Shown: in pieces, positions 11,141 to 24,947 of the stretch
How the letters are laid out: the number at the start of each line of letters is the position of its first letter
Numbering within the stretch: position 1 is the stretch's first letter
Assembly: GCA_907165135.1 (NCBI GenBank)
Contig: OU015569.1
Location: forward strand, 7,874,001-7,938,000
DNA: 64,000 nucleotides
Direction: 5' to 3'
Source of the DNA: Oikopleura dioica
Lineage: Eukaryota > Animalia > Chordata
Notes under the pieces: model-generated
The model's input: only the letters and a program-made list of their open reading frames with translations
Told to the model about the DNA's origin: nothing
The model's database searches: none
Made by a program: the position numbers and the translations under genes

Positions 11141-12573
11141 TCATGGCTCGTCCGTATCGCTGATGAGAATGGGTGCATCTTCATCACTAGAGTCGCTTAT
11201 GATGATTACTGGGTCCGAAGTTCCTGGGGTATCGTTCTTCTTGCCGGCTCTGCTTCTTTCTTCGCAAAGTTGTCGAGTCACTAGAAAATTCGTAAATAAT
11301 TTTAATTTCAAAACCTTCATTACTTGACCGAATGAGATCGTGTTCGTGCTGGTTGAAGCCAGAAAACTCTGCTTTTAACTGGGATGGTATTGGAGGCTCT
11401 TCTTTATTCGAATTCATGTCAAAACTTTCAGGAACAGCATCGCTTATTTGATTTTGTTCCTCTTTCTCTGGCGGTTTTTCTTCTTCATCATGTCCTGGCT
11501 CCGGCATCATTTGGTCTTGAACGGGGCCTTCTTTCAAGGGCAGGCCGTCTTCGTATTCATCTTCCTCTAAATCGTCGTCTTCGCGCTTAGCCTTTCCACA
11601 ATCTTGCACCTTCAAGTCAGGGTCGTTTACTTCTACCTCTGTACCACTTTCTGGGTCACTTTCCTCCTCATCTTCTATATCAGAAGCTGCGTCGTTTTTG
11701 TTTTCACTATTATTGATAAACTGTGCCAACCGAGCTTCTCTCTCAGCATCCGTCTCAAGCGGAGACGCTTCTGCAGTTGATTTTGCGACGACTCTTTCGT
11801 AGTTTTCTTGAGAAATTCGTTCTAGTTTCGCTTTTTTATTCAGAAGTAAAAGCTCGAGAAGAGCGATTTCTTTTTCAGCCTCCTTCTTCTCCTTCATTCT
11901 TCGTCTTTCGGACCTTTCTATTTTTTCCTCGAATTTTTCGAAGATTTCTTGCTCTCTTTTCTGACGCCGAGTGTAAATATCGAGTAGTTTTCGGTTCGCG
12001 GCGCCGTAATCTCTAGATTAATTCGATAAAAAAACAAAATTGGAGACAAACTTCAAGATTGAAAGTGTTTTACAATGTAAAATTTACATACCTTATCTGT
12101 TTGTAGGCGCTTCCTATTTCCAGCCGAACATGACATTCCGTTCTTTCATTTCCCGCTAAATGCTCCTCAACGATCAGATGAGCATGTTTATAATTCTGAT
12201 CCTCCGGTCCGAGTCCTTCTTCGTATCTTCTCAGCTCATCCAAACTCAACAATTTGATCTTATCGCCAGTAGTTTCAAATTGAAAGTTCTGGCGAATATT
12301 TTCTTCGGAAAATTCATCACGTCCTGCAAGATCATCATCATCCAAGTCATCATCGGACTCGTCGGAAGTGTCCGAGTCTGATTCCGAGAGAGAGTCTGCG
12401 TTTTCGGGCTCAGAAACCCATTCTCTTTCGACATCACTTGCTTCGGGCCAGGAGCCAGTCTCAGAGGCACTTTCTGTCTCAGTATCGGAGTTTCCAGGCG
12501 GTTGCAGCTCTAGGTCTTCCCCCAAAGAATTATTTTTTAATTGTCTGGGAATTTTCCGTGTTTCTGTATCCAT
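11141..12573 (-). CDS. Highly acidic orphan protein with tandem C-terminal SUMO-interacting-like motifs, 3 exons
   Basis: ORFs 12070-12573 and 11187-11897 join through canonical introns. A final 34-nt intron (GAA G|gttttg...ttctag|TG) gives the C-terminus ...PVIIISDSSDEDAPILISDTDEP*. Confidence 0.7.
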
Positions 12574-12764
12574 ACTTTTATGGATCCGTATCTAAATAGA
12601 TATCATGTAAAGTATGATGAAGAAAAATATTGTCAGTTATCAAGTGTGGGTTCTGATCATCTGTAGAAACTTAGAGCTTTTGCTCATCCTAGATCAGTGA
12701 ATGCAGCTAAAAGGGGCAGTGATTAATAGACAGTTTTCTAACTAACAAAGATGAAGATATTCTA

Positions 12765-13835
12765 TCATTTTCCGGCAAAGAAATAATTGCCACTCGTGTA
12801 CTTCTCGTATCGCTTCTCAACGAGCCTCTTCATCTTCTCCAGATCTTCTTTTGTACTCAATTTTATCATGCAGTTAAAATCCTGGTCTTCGCATCTTTGT
12901 TCAAACTCTTGATAAACATCTCGCGCTTTGTTGAAGTCATCGAAGTGTTTCCAAGTGTACAGGTCCATCAAGTGATATCGAATCTTTAGGGAGATGTTTA
13001 CGATGGAATGATTGTCTAAGGGTAGGTTGAGGGCAAGTGCGTTTTTCGCGTGCTTGATCAGCTGTTGATTTGGAAGCTTTTTCTTGCCGAAGATAATTAC
13101 TCGTTGGATGTTCATCATAAGCTCTCGGTCTCGATCGGGAGAAGACTCAAGCTCGGAGATGACGGTCACTGATTTCTAAGCAATGAGCGGTAGACAGAAG
13201 GAACTAAAGTGAAGACAAACCTGTAGGTTTGGCAGGTTTTTTGTCGCTTTGGCTCGTTCCGCAAATTCAACAACTTCTTGGAAGACGTATTCGCGACTGA
13301 TGCACTTAGTCATGCCTGGCGGATGAGCCAAGAAGCGTGGAATGAAGTTAGATTCGATGTTTATAATTTCAAGCTGAAAGAAAAGCTCTGAGTTTGGCGG
13401 GACTTTCGGAGGAACGCCGATCTTTCCAAACGCTTTTTCAGGAGAAATGATTGCGTAGCAAGAGTCGCCGAGGGATAATTGAAGAAGACAGGAAACGAGG
13501 CCTGGGAGTTCTTGTTTGCCGACTCGATATTTCGAAGGACTATAATTGCAAAGAGGTAGTATGATACTAGCCAATTGGTTGTACCTAGATGTGAAAGTAG
13601 TATCAAAGGGTTTCTTTTCATCAAAATCGCTCTCAAGAAAGAATGAAATGTGGTAGAAAATGGTGATACACGAGTCTGGAATAATATCCTCTGGAACGGC
13701 TCCGAGTGCCTTCGCTTCTGCTTCGAGTATCTCTCTGATGGTGCGCCCTTTGCCATCATTCGCTGGATCTTTTTCCATAAGAACTCCGTGTGAGACTTTT
13801 TCGCATTTTTCACGGAGCTTTTCTGAGCGCTTCAT
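12765..13835 (-). CDS. FKBP-type PPIase with helical C-terminal region, FKBP6/shutdown-like
   Basis: FKBP fold signature KPFDTT...LPGLVSCLLQLSLGDSC..ISPEKAFGKIGVPPKVPPNSELFFQLEI, with a 45-nt intron at 13540-13584. The FKBP6 assignment is tentative. Confidence 0.65.
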
Positions 13836-13950
13836 ACTTTTCTAATAATATAGACATCTTTGATGGGATTGAATGTATGTAGTTAAATAGATATTGCACC
13901 GTACTAATAAGGCATTATTTGAATGGTCACACAGAATTATACAGAATTTC

Positions 13951-16244
13951 TCAGAAGCTAATAAGTTCTTGAAGACTTTGCACGTTTTTGTTCGTCTCTG
14001 GGACGCCAAGATCGCGGAACCTAAATTCTAGATCAGCAATTAACGCTAAACTAGTGACAAACCTTTGAATGAAAGACTCAACATCAAGTTGAATTTGTTT
14101 CCTAATTTTTTCGTCATCACTAAGTCCATCATCGTTTTTACCCTGTTGCTTTTTACGCATTTGTTGCAATTTTGCTAAACTTGCTTCCATCTTGCGGCTA
14201 GCTTCTAAGACGTCAACAATGGTGCTTTGGAATTCGACCACAATGCTATCGTAGAGAGTTTCTGTCCAGTTGTTCACATTAGGACATTTTTCACAAAAAT
14301 CGCTTATTGGTGCGCAAAGTTGCTGAATATAAGGAGACGCCTCTGTTGGCGGCACTCTCTGCGTCCTTCGATATTGACGAGGAATGTCGTTTACCGACTT
14401 CACCAATGGTAGACACCGAGCTAAAGATTCAATTTTGGCGGACTGTGTTTTCAAGTTACAATACCAATTATATGATCTTGAACGTATTTTCTTATGAGAG
14501 TGACAGACTCGCTTATACGTTTCCTGATCTCGTCGTGGGCAGCGGAGAAGATGGTCTCGGACTCATTAACTGTATCTTCTATTTGGAAGAGAGTTGGAAT
14601 AAAAGTGCTCAATTTTAATAGATCTTCGTGTAGACAGACAAGCGAGGCATAATCAATATCTTCGCCATAGTCTGAGCAAACTGCGATTTGCACAGATGCC
14701 CACTTGCTGAAGCGGAAGATGATCTGAATTTGAAGCAGGAAAAAATTGTGACGGGCAGGAGGCAACATAGTATCTTCTGAGAGGCACTTTCTCAGTAACT
14801 CCGTTATCCTACGATTCGAAATTAAAGAGCTCGAACAAGTACAACTTATACCTCGTTGTAATTACAAGATTAAAAACAGCATCTGCTGATTTGTCACGTT
14901 GTAAATCAGATTTAAAGGCATCTTCGCATTCTTGAATGATTTCTTTGGAAACAATTGAAAAATAGCTTTCAAGGGAGAAAGAAGAGTGGAACGTGTGGTA
15001 ACTGAAATTGGGTAACGAAAAATCAACATCTCGATAGTACCTTTGCTCGCTACGAAGGCGTATAACGGAAGACTGTGACGAGCACTGACGTTCCAGCTGA
15101 TCTAGAAAGTCCATCGATAGAATGTAGCGCTCACGGAAATCATGAACATTTTCGGAGGGGATAAATAGACTAGGTAAATATCGCTGTAAGCCGGATACTA
15201 TTTCTGGAAAGACACTAAAATGACAACGTATTGAAAATACTTGAAATTTAAAAAAACCTGTTGGTGATGAAATCAAACCCGTAGATCGGTGATTTTTCAT
15301 TGTGTCTGCCGTCGATTACGTTTTGCAGAGGTGAAATGTAGGTTGGAACAAGATCGAGCAGTGAGTTTAAAATTTGGCTAAGTTCGTTGGTTGTCTTTTC
15401 GGAGAAGCACTGCTTGACGTAGGGCTTGCACAAATGCTGACGGACGAGAGACTCTGCGACAGATGCTCTATCAATAGAGGAGAAGGACCAGAGAATCATG
15501 TGGAGGCTATCAAGATTCTCGTCACCAAGAGCATCAATAAAAGCGTTCTCAAGTCGATCCAGGAAGCGACTTTCAACAAATGAGATGCGGTCTGTTAGCT
15601 CTGCAGCTAAAGCGGTTCCTTTTGTGTTTTTAGAGTGATGCTGGAGCTGATTCCAAATTTCTGCGGACTCGTCTAAATACCTTTTAGCATAAATAGTTTA
15701 CAATATATTCGTACGCAGAGGGAGCGCTTCATTTGTCTCCAGTAGCATGAGCTTTTCTTGTAGGCCGATCATATGCTTCAAAAGTAGCTTCTTAGACAGG
15801 ATCTCTCTCTTTCGTTCCAGAAGGCTTTTTATTCGACAGAGTCCGGAGTCTATTTCAGAGGCGATAATTTCTACGTCGCTTTTGATTCGAGTGAGGGGAG
15901 GTTTCAGCTGATTTATAGCTTTATCAAGATCTACAAGGTTTGTGGACAAGTTCACAAATTCAGCGTAGTCTTTGTTAATAAGGTCAACCATGGCAGTCTA
16001 ATATTGGTTTGAATTCGAGCTCAAGTATAAGAAAACTAACTTTTAGTAGGCGAAAGTATTGTTCAAGGTCTTCTCTCAGTTTTTCAAGTGGAACACGCCT
16101 CCTGCAGTCTGAGACGAATTGTTCGACCCGGTGATTGTCACGCATAAATTCACTCTTGTCGAAGCAAATATGCTCTTGGGGATCGGGCAACAGCGCGAGA
16201 CTACTGACGAGACCGTTTTCACCATTTGCGCGGCCCCCTTCCAT
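13951..16244 (-). CDS. COG2: Conserved oligomeric Golgi complex subunit 2
   Basis: CFDKSEF...FVSDCRRRVPLEKLREDLEQY..L|MVDLINKDYAEFVNLSTNLV; C-terminal GLSDDEKIRKQIQLDV. Confidence 0.93.
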
Positions 16245-16308
16245 ACTTAAAAATGAAACATAAGATATCTTGCAAGGTTTGTGGCAGGATAGCAGTTTAT
16301 TTACAGAT

Positions 16309-16954
16309 TCAAGCGTTTTGTCTAGTGTACATAGGATCATCAACGATCTGAACATAGTTTTGCATTGGTTGGGGAAGGTTACTTCTATGCCCGTTTTGAA
16401 TGAAGTTTTCGGGCTCCGTATCCGGTTGCGAATAGACCGTGGACTTTAGCGGACGCAAGGTAGAGTAGTACTCATCCTCGCCTGGATAAAGTTGATCGCC
16501 AAGTTCCTCGCGGATTGATAAAAGATTCGACTTGATCTTTTTCGTCTGAAAATGGAAAGGATTAGCTTTAATAATTTTTAGCTAACATACCTCTTCATCA
16601 AGGGCGCTATTTCGTTTTTTAAGATTTTCGTTGATAGCTGGGAAATCGTAGATTACGAGGAAAGTTTTAAGTTCTGCAATCAGTTTCATGAGGTTTTCTC
16701 CTGCAAGAACGATTTTCGCCGCTCGGACTACTCTATGTTAGATTCTGATGACAGTTATATTTCTGACCTTGAACTTGTGATGTATCGTATAAACTAGCGG
16801 TTGTTTTACTCAATTGGGAGCGCTCTTCGTACCGGGCCGCCTCAACGATCCGCAGAAAGTTTTCTTTTAGACTTTTTAGATCTTCCTTCATGCGTTTTTT
16901 GTAGTCATTAAGAGTGTCCTGTGTATTTCGAGAAGAATTGGAACGAGGGTTCAT
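16309..16954 (-). CDS. MED22: Mediator subunit 22
   Basis: LNDYKKRMKEDLKSLKENF..IVEAARYE; VRAAKIVLAGENLMKLIAELKTFLVIYDFPAINE; ELGDQLYPGEDEYYS. Confidence 0.93.
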
Positions 16955-17067
16955 TCTACTAGACAAATTTATTCGTCAGTGTCTTTGAATAAAAAATAAA
17001 ATCTTTCGGAAGTACTAGAAAACAAAAAAAAATCATTGAAAAAATAGAAAAATACAGTAAGAAAAGA

Positions 17068-19276
17068 TCAATTTTCAGTTGAGATATCGTCGTCATCGTC
17101 GCTATCGAGCTCCTCGAGAATCATTTGAGTACGTTCGGCGCCAGTGACGTCAACACCTCCTGCTGGAGGGCTAGAGCGGCTGCTCAGTTTATTCTCGATT
17201 TTTTCTGTGAAACTTAGTCAACGAAAAAATAGAAATTTGTCACTTACGTGCTCGTGACTGAATATTTCCACCGAAGGACTCTTCATCATCCCAGTCAGTG
17301 CTCGGTTCCGTCTTTTCTGAAATTGTGGCTACATCGTGATGATCGTTGCCGTCGTTTGAAGTAAAAACATCGCTAGATTTAACGACATCGACGTAAGGTC
17401 GCATCCCTTTCGCAGCTTGCGGTTGTTCTGATTCCGTTTTATCCCAAGCGGATGATTCTACAGATGATTTCACCGGAGAGTTGTTGGAATCAGGAGCGTT
17501 TGTCTGTCGCATAGTGGAAGTCATTCCCGGCTTGCCAGGACTTGATGGGCTCTCATCGCTCCACTGAGGGCGCTGAAATGTTTGTTCTTGACTAGGAGGT
17601 GGAGGTGCAGGCTTCGATTTCGGTGAGCGAGGCAAAGGTTTTATTGGCGAGTTGGGAGCGTTCGATCTCGAGGAGACACTCGATTGTGAATGCGTTTGCG
17701 GTGGAAGGGGAGCACGCGTAGATTTGGATGCTCTTGTTGGAGATTTAGAAGAAGAGGCGATTGAAGCCTGATAGCTCAGCTGACTAGTGTTCGATTGATT
17801 ATTCCGTTGCTCGAAGATGGACACTTCACTTTTGCTCTCGGCTCTATCAGCGCGGGATTTGAGATCGTTTTCGATCTGTGAACGCAAGCTATAGAAGTCG
17901 GGGCGGCTTGTCTGTTTTCGGCTTCGTAAATCATGAATTTCTTCAAGTTTTCTCTTGAACGTCGATTCTGTAAGAAGAGTATCCCCACGCTGTACTCCAA
18001 GTCGTTCCATCTCACCCCGGAACATTGTCTCAACCTGAGGGCGGTAGTGTTCGAGGAGCTTCTTGAACTCCGCTTCCCTATCAATCATTGTGGTATCAAC
18101 AGGGGGCCCGTCAGGAACGGAATTACTTTGGACTTCGCGAACGGGCTGTCTCGGCTCAGATTTTACTGGCTTCGGCGGTGATATCACCTGGACGGCCTGC
18201 TGCACTTGCCTCGACATAGTGTCTTCAAGCGATTGGAACTTCTGGTTATAGCTAGCGGTCATCTGCTCTTTTGCATTTTGAAGGTCCACAACCATGCTTC
18301 CAATTGTGTCGCTTCGTCTTTCATTAAACTTATTCTTGCTCTCAAGCTCAGCAATCTTTGACTGGTAGATACCCTCATTCGCCTTGAACTGCGAAATATG
18401 ACCGGAAAAGGACTCTTCGAGTGTTTGCAGCTTCTGCTCGTATCTTCGTCGCTCTTCCTGTCGAATTTGATCTTGGTTTTCGATAAGCTCTTCTTTTTGT
18501 CGCTCTTGCAGTCGCTTATTCTCTTCTTGAAGCTTCAAGTTAATTTGCTTTTCTTGCTCCATCCTCTCTTCCATCGTGAACAATTTACTCTCAAGTTGTT
18601 GGGTAACAAGCTAAATATACGAGTAATGGCGCGGTTTAGATATCTCATAATACAAACCTTTGTATGTGCAACCGCATCTCCAATGTAGTGAACGTGCTCG
18701 GGATGGCGCCGGACGAGATGTCCTTGTAAGTAAGTTGAATTCATAAACGAGCGGTTCGGACAGACAGGACACTTGTAGAAAGAATGAGAACCGACTTGCA
18801 TCATTCTCTGTTGGTCAGCGACTAAAATATAATCTCACACAAGTTAGATCTTCAGTTACGTACTCATTTGACGACGCTGCTTATTCGTCTTCTTCAAAGC
18901 GCTAATTTGATCTTTCAGAGTAGCGATTTCCTTCAATGTCGCCAGATGTTTCTTTTTCTCCTTCTCGTTCTTCTTCTGTTCTTCACGAATACTGTTTTTC
19001 AAGAAGTCCTAAGTTTGGTTTGTCCCTGACCTATTACTGGCATTATTTTGCTACCTGAGAATGAAGAAGATACTCGAGAGTGTACTGCGCAATTTGAAAA
19101 AGCTTGACGAACAGAGGATCAATATCGTAGAGTGAATCAAGCTTTGCAAAAGTTACGAGTTCAATATGCTGTTGAAGAGCTGGAATGTCCATTTCTCTTG
19201 CGATTCTATCAATGTCGATCAGACTGACTTGGCGCCAGTCGACAGCGATATTTCGTGCGTTGAAACGGAAATTCAT
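17068..19276 (-). CDS. DZIP1: DZIP1/DZIP1L (Iguana) ciliary zinc-finger coiled-coil protein
   Basis: FRFNARNIAVDWRQVSLIDIDRIARE...DPLFVKLFQIAQYTLEYLLHSQ (Dzip-like_N); C2H2 CPVCPNRSFMNSTYLQGHLVRRH; coiled coil; Ser/Pro-rich tail. Confidence 0.9.
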
Positions 19277-19471
19277 TCCGCCACCTTAAAAATAAGTATC
19301 CTCGTTTGGGAAAAAAACTTTACCCCCAGCATCAGGTTCGGAGATTTCAGACGGCAAATTCTCGATTGAATTCAAAGTGTCCATTCTATGAAAAAACTTA
19401 TGAGAAAGTATTCTCCTATTTTTATTGAAGTAACTCATTTCAGGATCATAAAGGAGGAAGAATTCGTGTAT

Positions 19472-20308
19472 TCAGTAATTAAGACACCAACTGGAGTCTT
19501 CTGCAGGCATTACGCCTCCGTTGAGGATGAGAATCAAGTCAATTATCCACCAGATTCCTTAAAAAGTAAGGACCTATGAAATTGTACGCGTTTACCTAGA
19601 CCCCCAAGCGTAAAAAGTTTCCCGACAGCAGTAGGCGTTAAACCCATGTAAAATCTATCAGCTCCGCCGATTCCAAGAAACAAAGATAGTATAACGGCAG
19701 TGGGAAAGTTGTAACGGCAGTTTCCCTAACATTACAAAGTAAGAGTGACTCGAAACGGAGACTTACATCTTCGTCGTGTGTGTATTTTAAGCAGGGCAAT
19801 TTGCGGTAGAAGAGACGTGGGCCACAGCACTTGATTTTATCATCAATTGGCTGGCATTCGCTCCACACGCGCTTTACATCTTGGTAATTTTGCGAACCAA
19901 AAGATGAGTTCATGTAATTGCTTTCGAGGCAATATTCCGGCAGAGCTTCCATAGCAGTCTCGCTTTCATTCAACCTAGAGAGGTATAAGCATGGGAATAT
20001 AATTAGTTTCCTTCTCTTACCCGAGTGTTTCACCTATCGCCTCTCGAGTATCACGCTTAAAATTAAGTGAGTTCATTAAAAGCAAGTCAAAGTACATTCA
20101 CTATTTTGAGCTTGCATTCAACAAGCTCGTCAGGCAAAAACGCGCATGGTATTAGCGGTGAGTTTGGATCGCAGTTCGAGTTTGCATCCGTTATTCCATT
20201 CACAAGATTGAACTCCGTTAAATTTTCTGTGAGCAGATGATCAAAGGCGAACAGTGTGCCCAATACACTGAAATAAGATGGTCTCATAACATCCTCTAAA
20301 AAAGCCAT
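19472..20308 (-). CDS. TM2D2: TM2 domain-containing protein 2
   Basis: [19 protein letters not shown]; CLKYT; [30 protein letters not shown]|[28 protein letters not shown]. Confidence 0.93.
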
Positions 20309-20395
20309 GATTGCCAAAAAGAAGCTATTGAAACGGAAATTCAGTAGGCAGACGAATATTGGAAATTGGAGAGAATAAAAGCAAGGCAATTTAGC

Positions 20396-21638
20396 TCAGT
20401 TTTTTGCCCGAATTTTTTTTGGGTACTGGTCTGGTGTAAGACCTTTTACAGAAAAAAGCCTTTTTGCACGTTCTTGCAAGTTGCCGCCACATTTGAGCTT
20501 GCGCGTCGAGAGGGCGAATTTCAAATGGTCGAGTGAGTAATTCAGTAACGCATCGATGGATTCGACTTTCTCGAGGTCGATGTCTTCAAACGAGCAAATC
20601 GATTTTTTATTGTCCGTCGTTTCAGATTCCACCTTTATTTTTTCCTGTTCTCTTCTGTGAATCTCATTTCTATGTGCGATGGCTAGCTCTTTCAGTATTA
20701 CAGGGTCTATGAGAATGAGATGATATTTGAATAAAAAATGAGGGACGCACCTTGAGATTCGTCGAAGCGGGGGTCCCAAATAGGTGCCTCTTCATCCAAT
20801 TTCACTTGATTGGTAGCAACCCGAACTGACCCATTCTGAAAAAATTGTTAACCACTTCATTAATCATGCGTAGAGTGTTACCTGAAGTACAACTGCTGGA
20901 TCTTTATCAAGTTCGGTACTTGATTTTCCAAAAAGCTTTATTGACTCTTTGTCCATTCGCTCCTTCAGCTGCTTTACTCTTAGCTTAGAAGGCGACAGAA
21001 CGTCTTTAACATCTTTGATAGGCCTTTTCTCTTCTTTTGATTCTTCGTCTTCGTCTAATTCGTACCATTTTTTCTTCTTAGTTGGAACTTCTCGGAGCTT
21101 TTCTTTTTCGTTTTTGCGCTTTAGATCTGCAAAAGCAGAGCTCTGTCTTTCCTCGATAAGTTCTTTTTGTTCGAAGTGATAGGAGTTGTCCATTTGATGC
21201 TTCGGCTCAACAAGCTTCTTGTTAAGTCGTCTTAGCTTGTCTTCTTTTTTAGCTTCTAGGCGTTCTGGATTTGACTTGATCCATTTCTTTAAGTCGGCTA
21301 TGTCATCAATATCACGAATGATGCGCCCTAAAGTACATATTTAACGGTCCTTACTGAGATCTCCTCAAAGTGATTTAAGGCTGGTGTGTTTTATTAAATG
21401 ATTTACCAGATAGATCACGAAGTGATTTCGTGTTTTTAGACAGCTTCGTGTCTTTTCCGAAGTCTTTGAGGAGTTGACCATATCCTCCCTTTCCACCAAG
21501 AACTCTTGCGGAAACATTGACAAAAATACCACTGGCTAGGAAGGCGTCTGGTTTAAGCACTCTTCCGGCGAACGTAACAAATACGTTGCTAGGGAAAAGA
21601 GCCCTAACAAACCCCGATTCCGAAATATATGTCGTCAT
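20396..21638 (-). CDS. SDE2: SDE2 (ubiquitin-fold-activated splicing/replication-stress factor)
   Basis: RVLGGKGGYGQLL (GG|K cleavage motif), LRDLSGRIIRDI, and C-terminal LKCGGNLQERAKRLFSVKG. Confidence 0.93.
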
Positions 21639-21736
21639 TATCTAAAAAGATCAATTATAAGCTCTCTTTGTAGTTTTAAGATATTTGTACAGCGGCAGTT
21701 TCAGTGTAGTCAGGGAACAAAAATTCCTTGTCGCAG

Positions 21737-23781
21737 TTAGTCTTCATCTAAGTTGCCGATAACGGGCTCAAGTAAACTGGAAAAAGCGTGAAGCACCCGC
21801 TGATCAGTCGCTTCTCCGAGCATGTTTACGTGAAGGAAGCGTTCAATTTCGCGGATCCAGTTCGTACTTTTGATGTACGATCCAACTGAAGGGTGTTTCC
21901 TTATTACAGGTACCAAGTACTTCATCGCACGAAGCCACCGAATATCAACTAAATGAATTTTCTCAACAGACAAGCTGATATTCTCTGTTACCCTCAGGCT
22001 GTACTCCGATGGGGAACTTTTCTTCATAGCCTTTTTGCAACATGCCATCAATAAAAGCCCCACTGAGCTGGCTGATTATGCTCTTCATGACTTCCATGTT
22101 GAAGCTCTTTTCTTCCAACACGAAAAGCTTCAAAACCGATGAAGCATATAAACTGGGGCAGACGTTGAACTTGAGCAAGAGCACGGGAAAAGCTATCCAC
22201 ATTCTCTGAATCAAATGATGACCACTTTAACGGTTGGCAAAGACTAACGTGAGGTTTTAGATCTTCGGACGCCAAGTACGAAAAGTACTCCGTAATTATT
22301 TCGTTGCATAAAAACAGTGTCCTCTCTGAGCATGGTTTCTTCAGCAACTCAAAACAGAACTCTGCAAGTCCAATTTGTTCCGTGAAATACACTTTGCAAG
22401 CTTCATCCGAGTTCGTTGCTCTGTACAATCCATTCAGTAAATGTTCCATCAGTACTATTTCTCCTTGCTTATGCCATCTGCGAACTAATAGGACTAAATT
22501 CTCAGCTATCCCATAACTTTTCGCGGCCCTAAAAAGCTTGATTGATGGATGATAAGTAGATGAAATTTACCGAGAGTCGCACTCAAGCCAGGTCGCCAGA
22601 AATTTGCTAGTGGCTTTGACGATAAGATCGTACTGGGTGAAAGATTGAACAGAGGATATGATAGCAACCAGGCTTGTAAAATCGTTCTCAATGCGTTGCA
22701 TCATCTCCGCAGTCAAACGACTAAGAATCACTTGATGTTCGTCTTTGCACTCATCACCGAAAATATCCAAATATTGGACGAGAAAGATGAAATAGTTATG
22801 GAGGCTGAAATTGCTGTCGACCAGTTCGTTCGCGGATTCCTCTTTATATGTCACAAGCGAATGCTGCAGCTCGATCATAATCATTCGGATGAGCAGCTCA
22901 AGCTCCTCTTGCTAATAAAAGTTTAGCTATTTATCAATTTTTAAAATATATATTCTCAAACCTTTATTAGTGTGCTGACTTTCGGCAGCCCGATGTTGCG
23001 AGCTAGTTTCGCCAACATAGACATTGCTTGTTCACGGCGACTAGTACTTTCATAAGCCACTTCCCTCATTTTATGGATGATCGGGATTAAGATTAGAAAG
23101 AGTCGCTCCTTGTAATCTTCAATGTCAACTCCTTCCAATAGATCCAATATGTTCAAAAATGTAGCCTTTTCTTCCTCCTCAAAGACGGCGAATAACTCGT
23201 CACTTAATCCAATCAAACGGATAATTTGATGGAAGAGCTTCAAATTTTGGTCGTCATCAGAAAATGGCAGCTCCTTTTTGAGAGCTTTTAGTGGACTCAA
23301 GATTCTGTTCTACAAGCAGAACACTACTACTACTTGCGCCCAAGCCTTTTGCGAACATCTTCCTATCAATTAATCTACCATCATAAATTGCAATATTCAA
23401 AAGACACTCCAACGCTTCCGTTGACGTTATATTATGATTAAAGTAACGGATAAGCTTGAGATCTTCCATTCGCTTCACAAGCCGTTTATCTTGTAGTAAG
23501 ATGGAGCCGAGAATCTGTGTGAACTCTCCGTACTTTTCTGCAACAAGCGAGGCTTTAACGATGCGTTCGTAAAAAGCGAAACCAACGCTGTCTACCAGAG
23601 ATGTCAGAGTTTCTTCGGTCATTCCTTCATCTTCTGGAGAAGACTTTGCGACTAAGCAAAAGATAATTTATGCGAAGTTGTATTGCAGTTTAAACTTACA
23701 GACTAAGAGGGCGGCTAATTTTTCGTTATCGCCCTTAGATTTCTTAACCAGCTCTACTGTTTTTGTTGCATTTCTTTCCAT
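21737..23781 (-). CDS. NCDN: Neurochondrin
   Basis: KSKGDNEKLAALLV..LVDSVGFAFYERI matches NCDN (AKNDSEQFAALLLV..IFDAVGFTFPNRL). Later KFLATWLECDS resembles RILGAWLAEET. Start MERNATK at 23781. Confidence 0.8.
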
Positions 23782-24307
23782 TCTGGTAAAATACAATATT
23801 AAAAACGTCGTCTCTTTGCAATTGGAAGTTTACGATCTTTTAACAGATTTCTTGAACTTTATTTGATATTGATTGTTAACGAGAGGTTGTGCAAAATCAT
23901 GCAGAGGGGAATCGTGCACCAAGGCTAAGTTATATCGTGAAAGAGAGGAAGACAGAACTGGAAAAAAATGTTAGAGGGGTCTTGAGCAAGAAATTTGTTT
24001 GAGGCCATCTTCGTCTACTGAGCTTGCTGAATTGTAAGTTTTGCATAGATAGTAAAGGAAGAATACAAATTGAATATTGTAAATGATAAGGGAACCGAAA
24101 TGGCACCACGGAGGGAATAGTTTTGAGGTAAGAGCGAATATAGGATCAGATTGAGCTGAAGCGGCATTGTATATTTTGGAATAGGAAAAATCTTGAGTCT
24201 TGTAGTAATTTGACATTAAAGAAGGGATGGGAATCGTAAAAATGAGGTTGCGAGAGGTTGTCGGAGCTACAGCCATAGAAAGGGAGATTGCAAAGAGAAT
24301 GTTGGCT

Positions 24308-24947
24308 TTAGGATGGGAAGCAAACGTCGCACTGAGTGATCATGATTTCTACCAGACGAGACTGATCTTGAACGTCGATGAGACATCCCATCGGTCCCTA
24401 GTAATAATTAGGAAAACATCAATTAGTTGAAATGGCACCTTATCATCTGGAGCGCGCATGAGTGTCGGTCCAAAAACAGTTCCAAGATTCTCTGGACCCA
24501 TCAAGTTGAATTTCTCTTCTTTCGCCACGCGTGTTAGATGCTCAATTACTAGCTTTAGAGTTGTATAATTTTCGCCATCTAATTGAGAGAGTTTCACGGA
24601 AAGGTTTTTGTATTGCTGTTCAATTTTCTCCTGAATCGAATTCTCTTCTTTCTTCGAACTCATCGTGACTGCGCCAGACTGCGATTGAGAGACTAGGCTT
24701 TTTCGAAGACTCGATACTTTCTGGGAGATGTCGAGGAGACTTTGGTAGATCGAGTGACTATATAAGTAAGTATCCGCTCTAACAGTTATATATCTGACCT
24801 TATCAGTGGCGCGGGAAGGTCGTGGAAATATTTTTTAAAACGGAGCTTATATCGTGTTCGGAGGAAAGCGAAATGTCAGCCGTTGTTGAGTCCTTTGAAA
24901 ATGAGTTGCAGAGAACTTCCACTCTATGCTTCACTCCGTTTACTCGG
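24308..24947 (-). CDS. RhoGAP domain, chimaerin-like (3' portion only; 5' part lies in the gap)
   Basis: RVNG...DISSVLKKYFHDLPAPLI; TLKLVIEHLTRVAKEEKFNLMGPENLGTVFGPTLMRAP; QDQSRLVEIMITQCDVCF*. Closest in my memory to CHN1/2. Confidence 0.75.

Noticed and set aside
23830-24300. ORF 23971-24276 and neighbours
   Set aside because: Pyrimidine-rich sequence with no homology; consistent with the RhoGAP 3' UTR.
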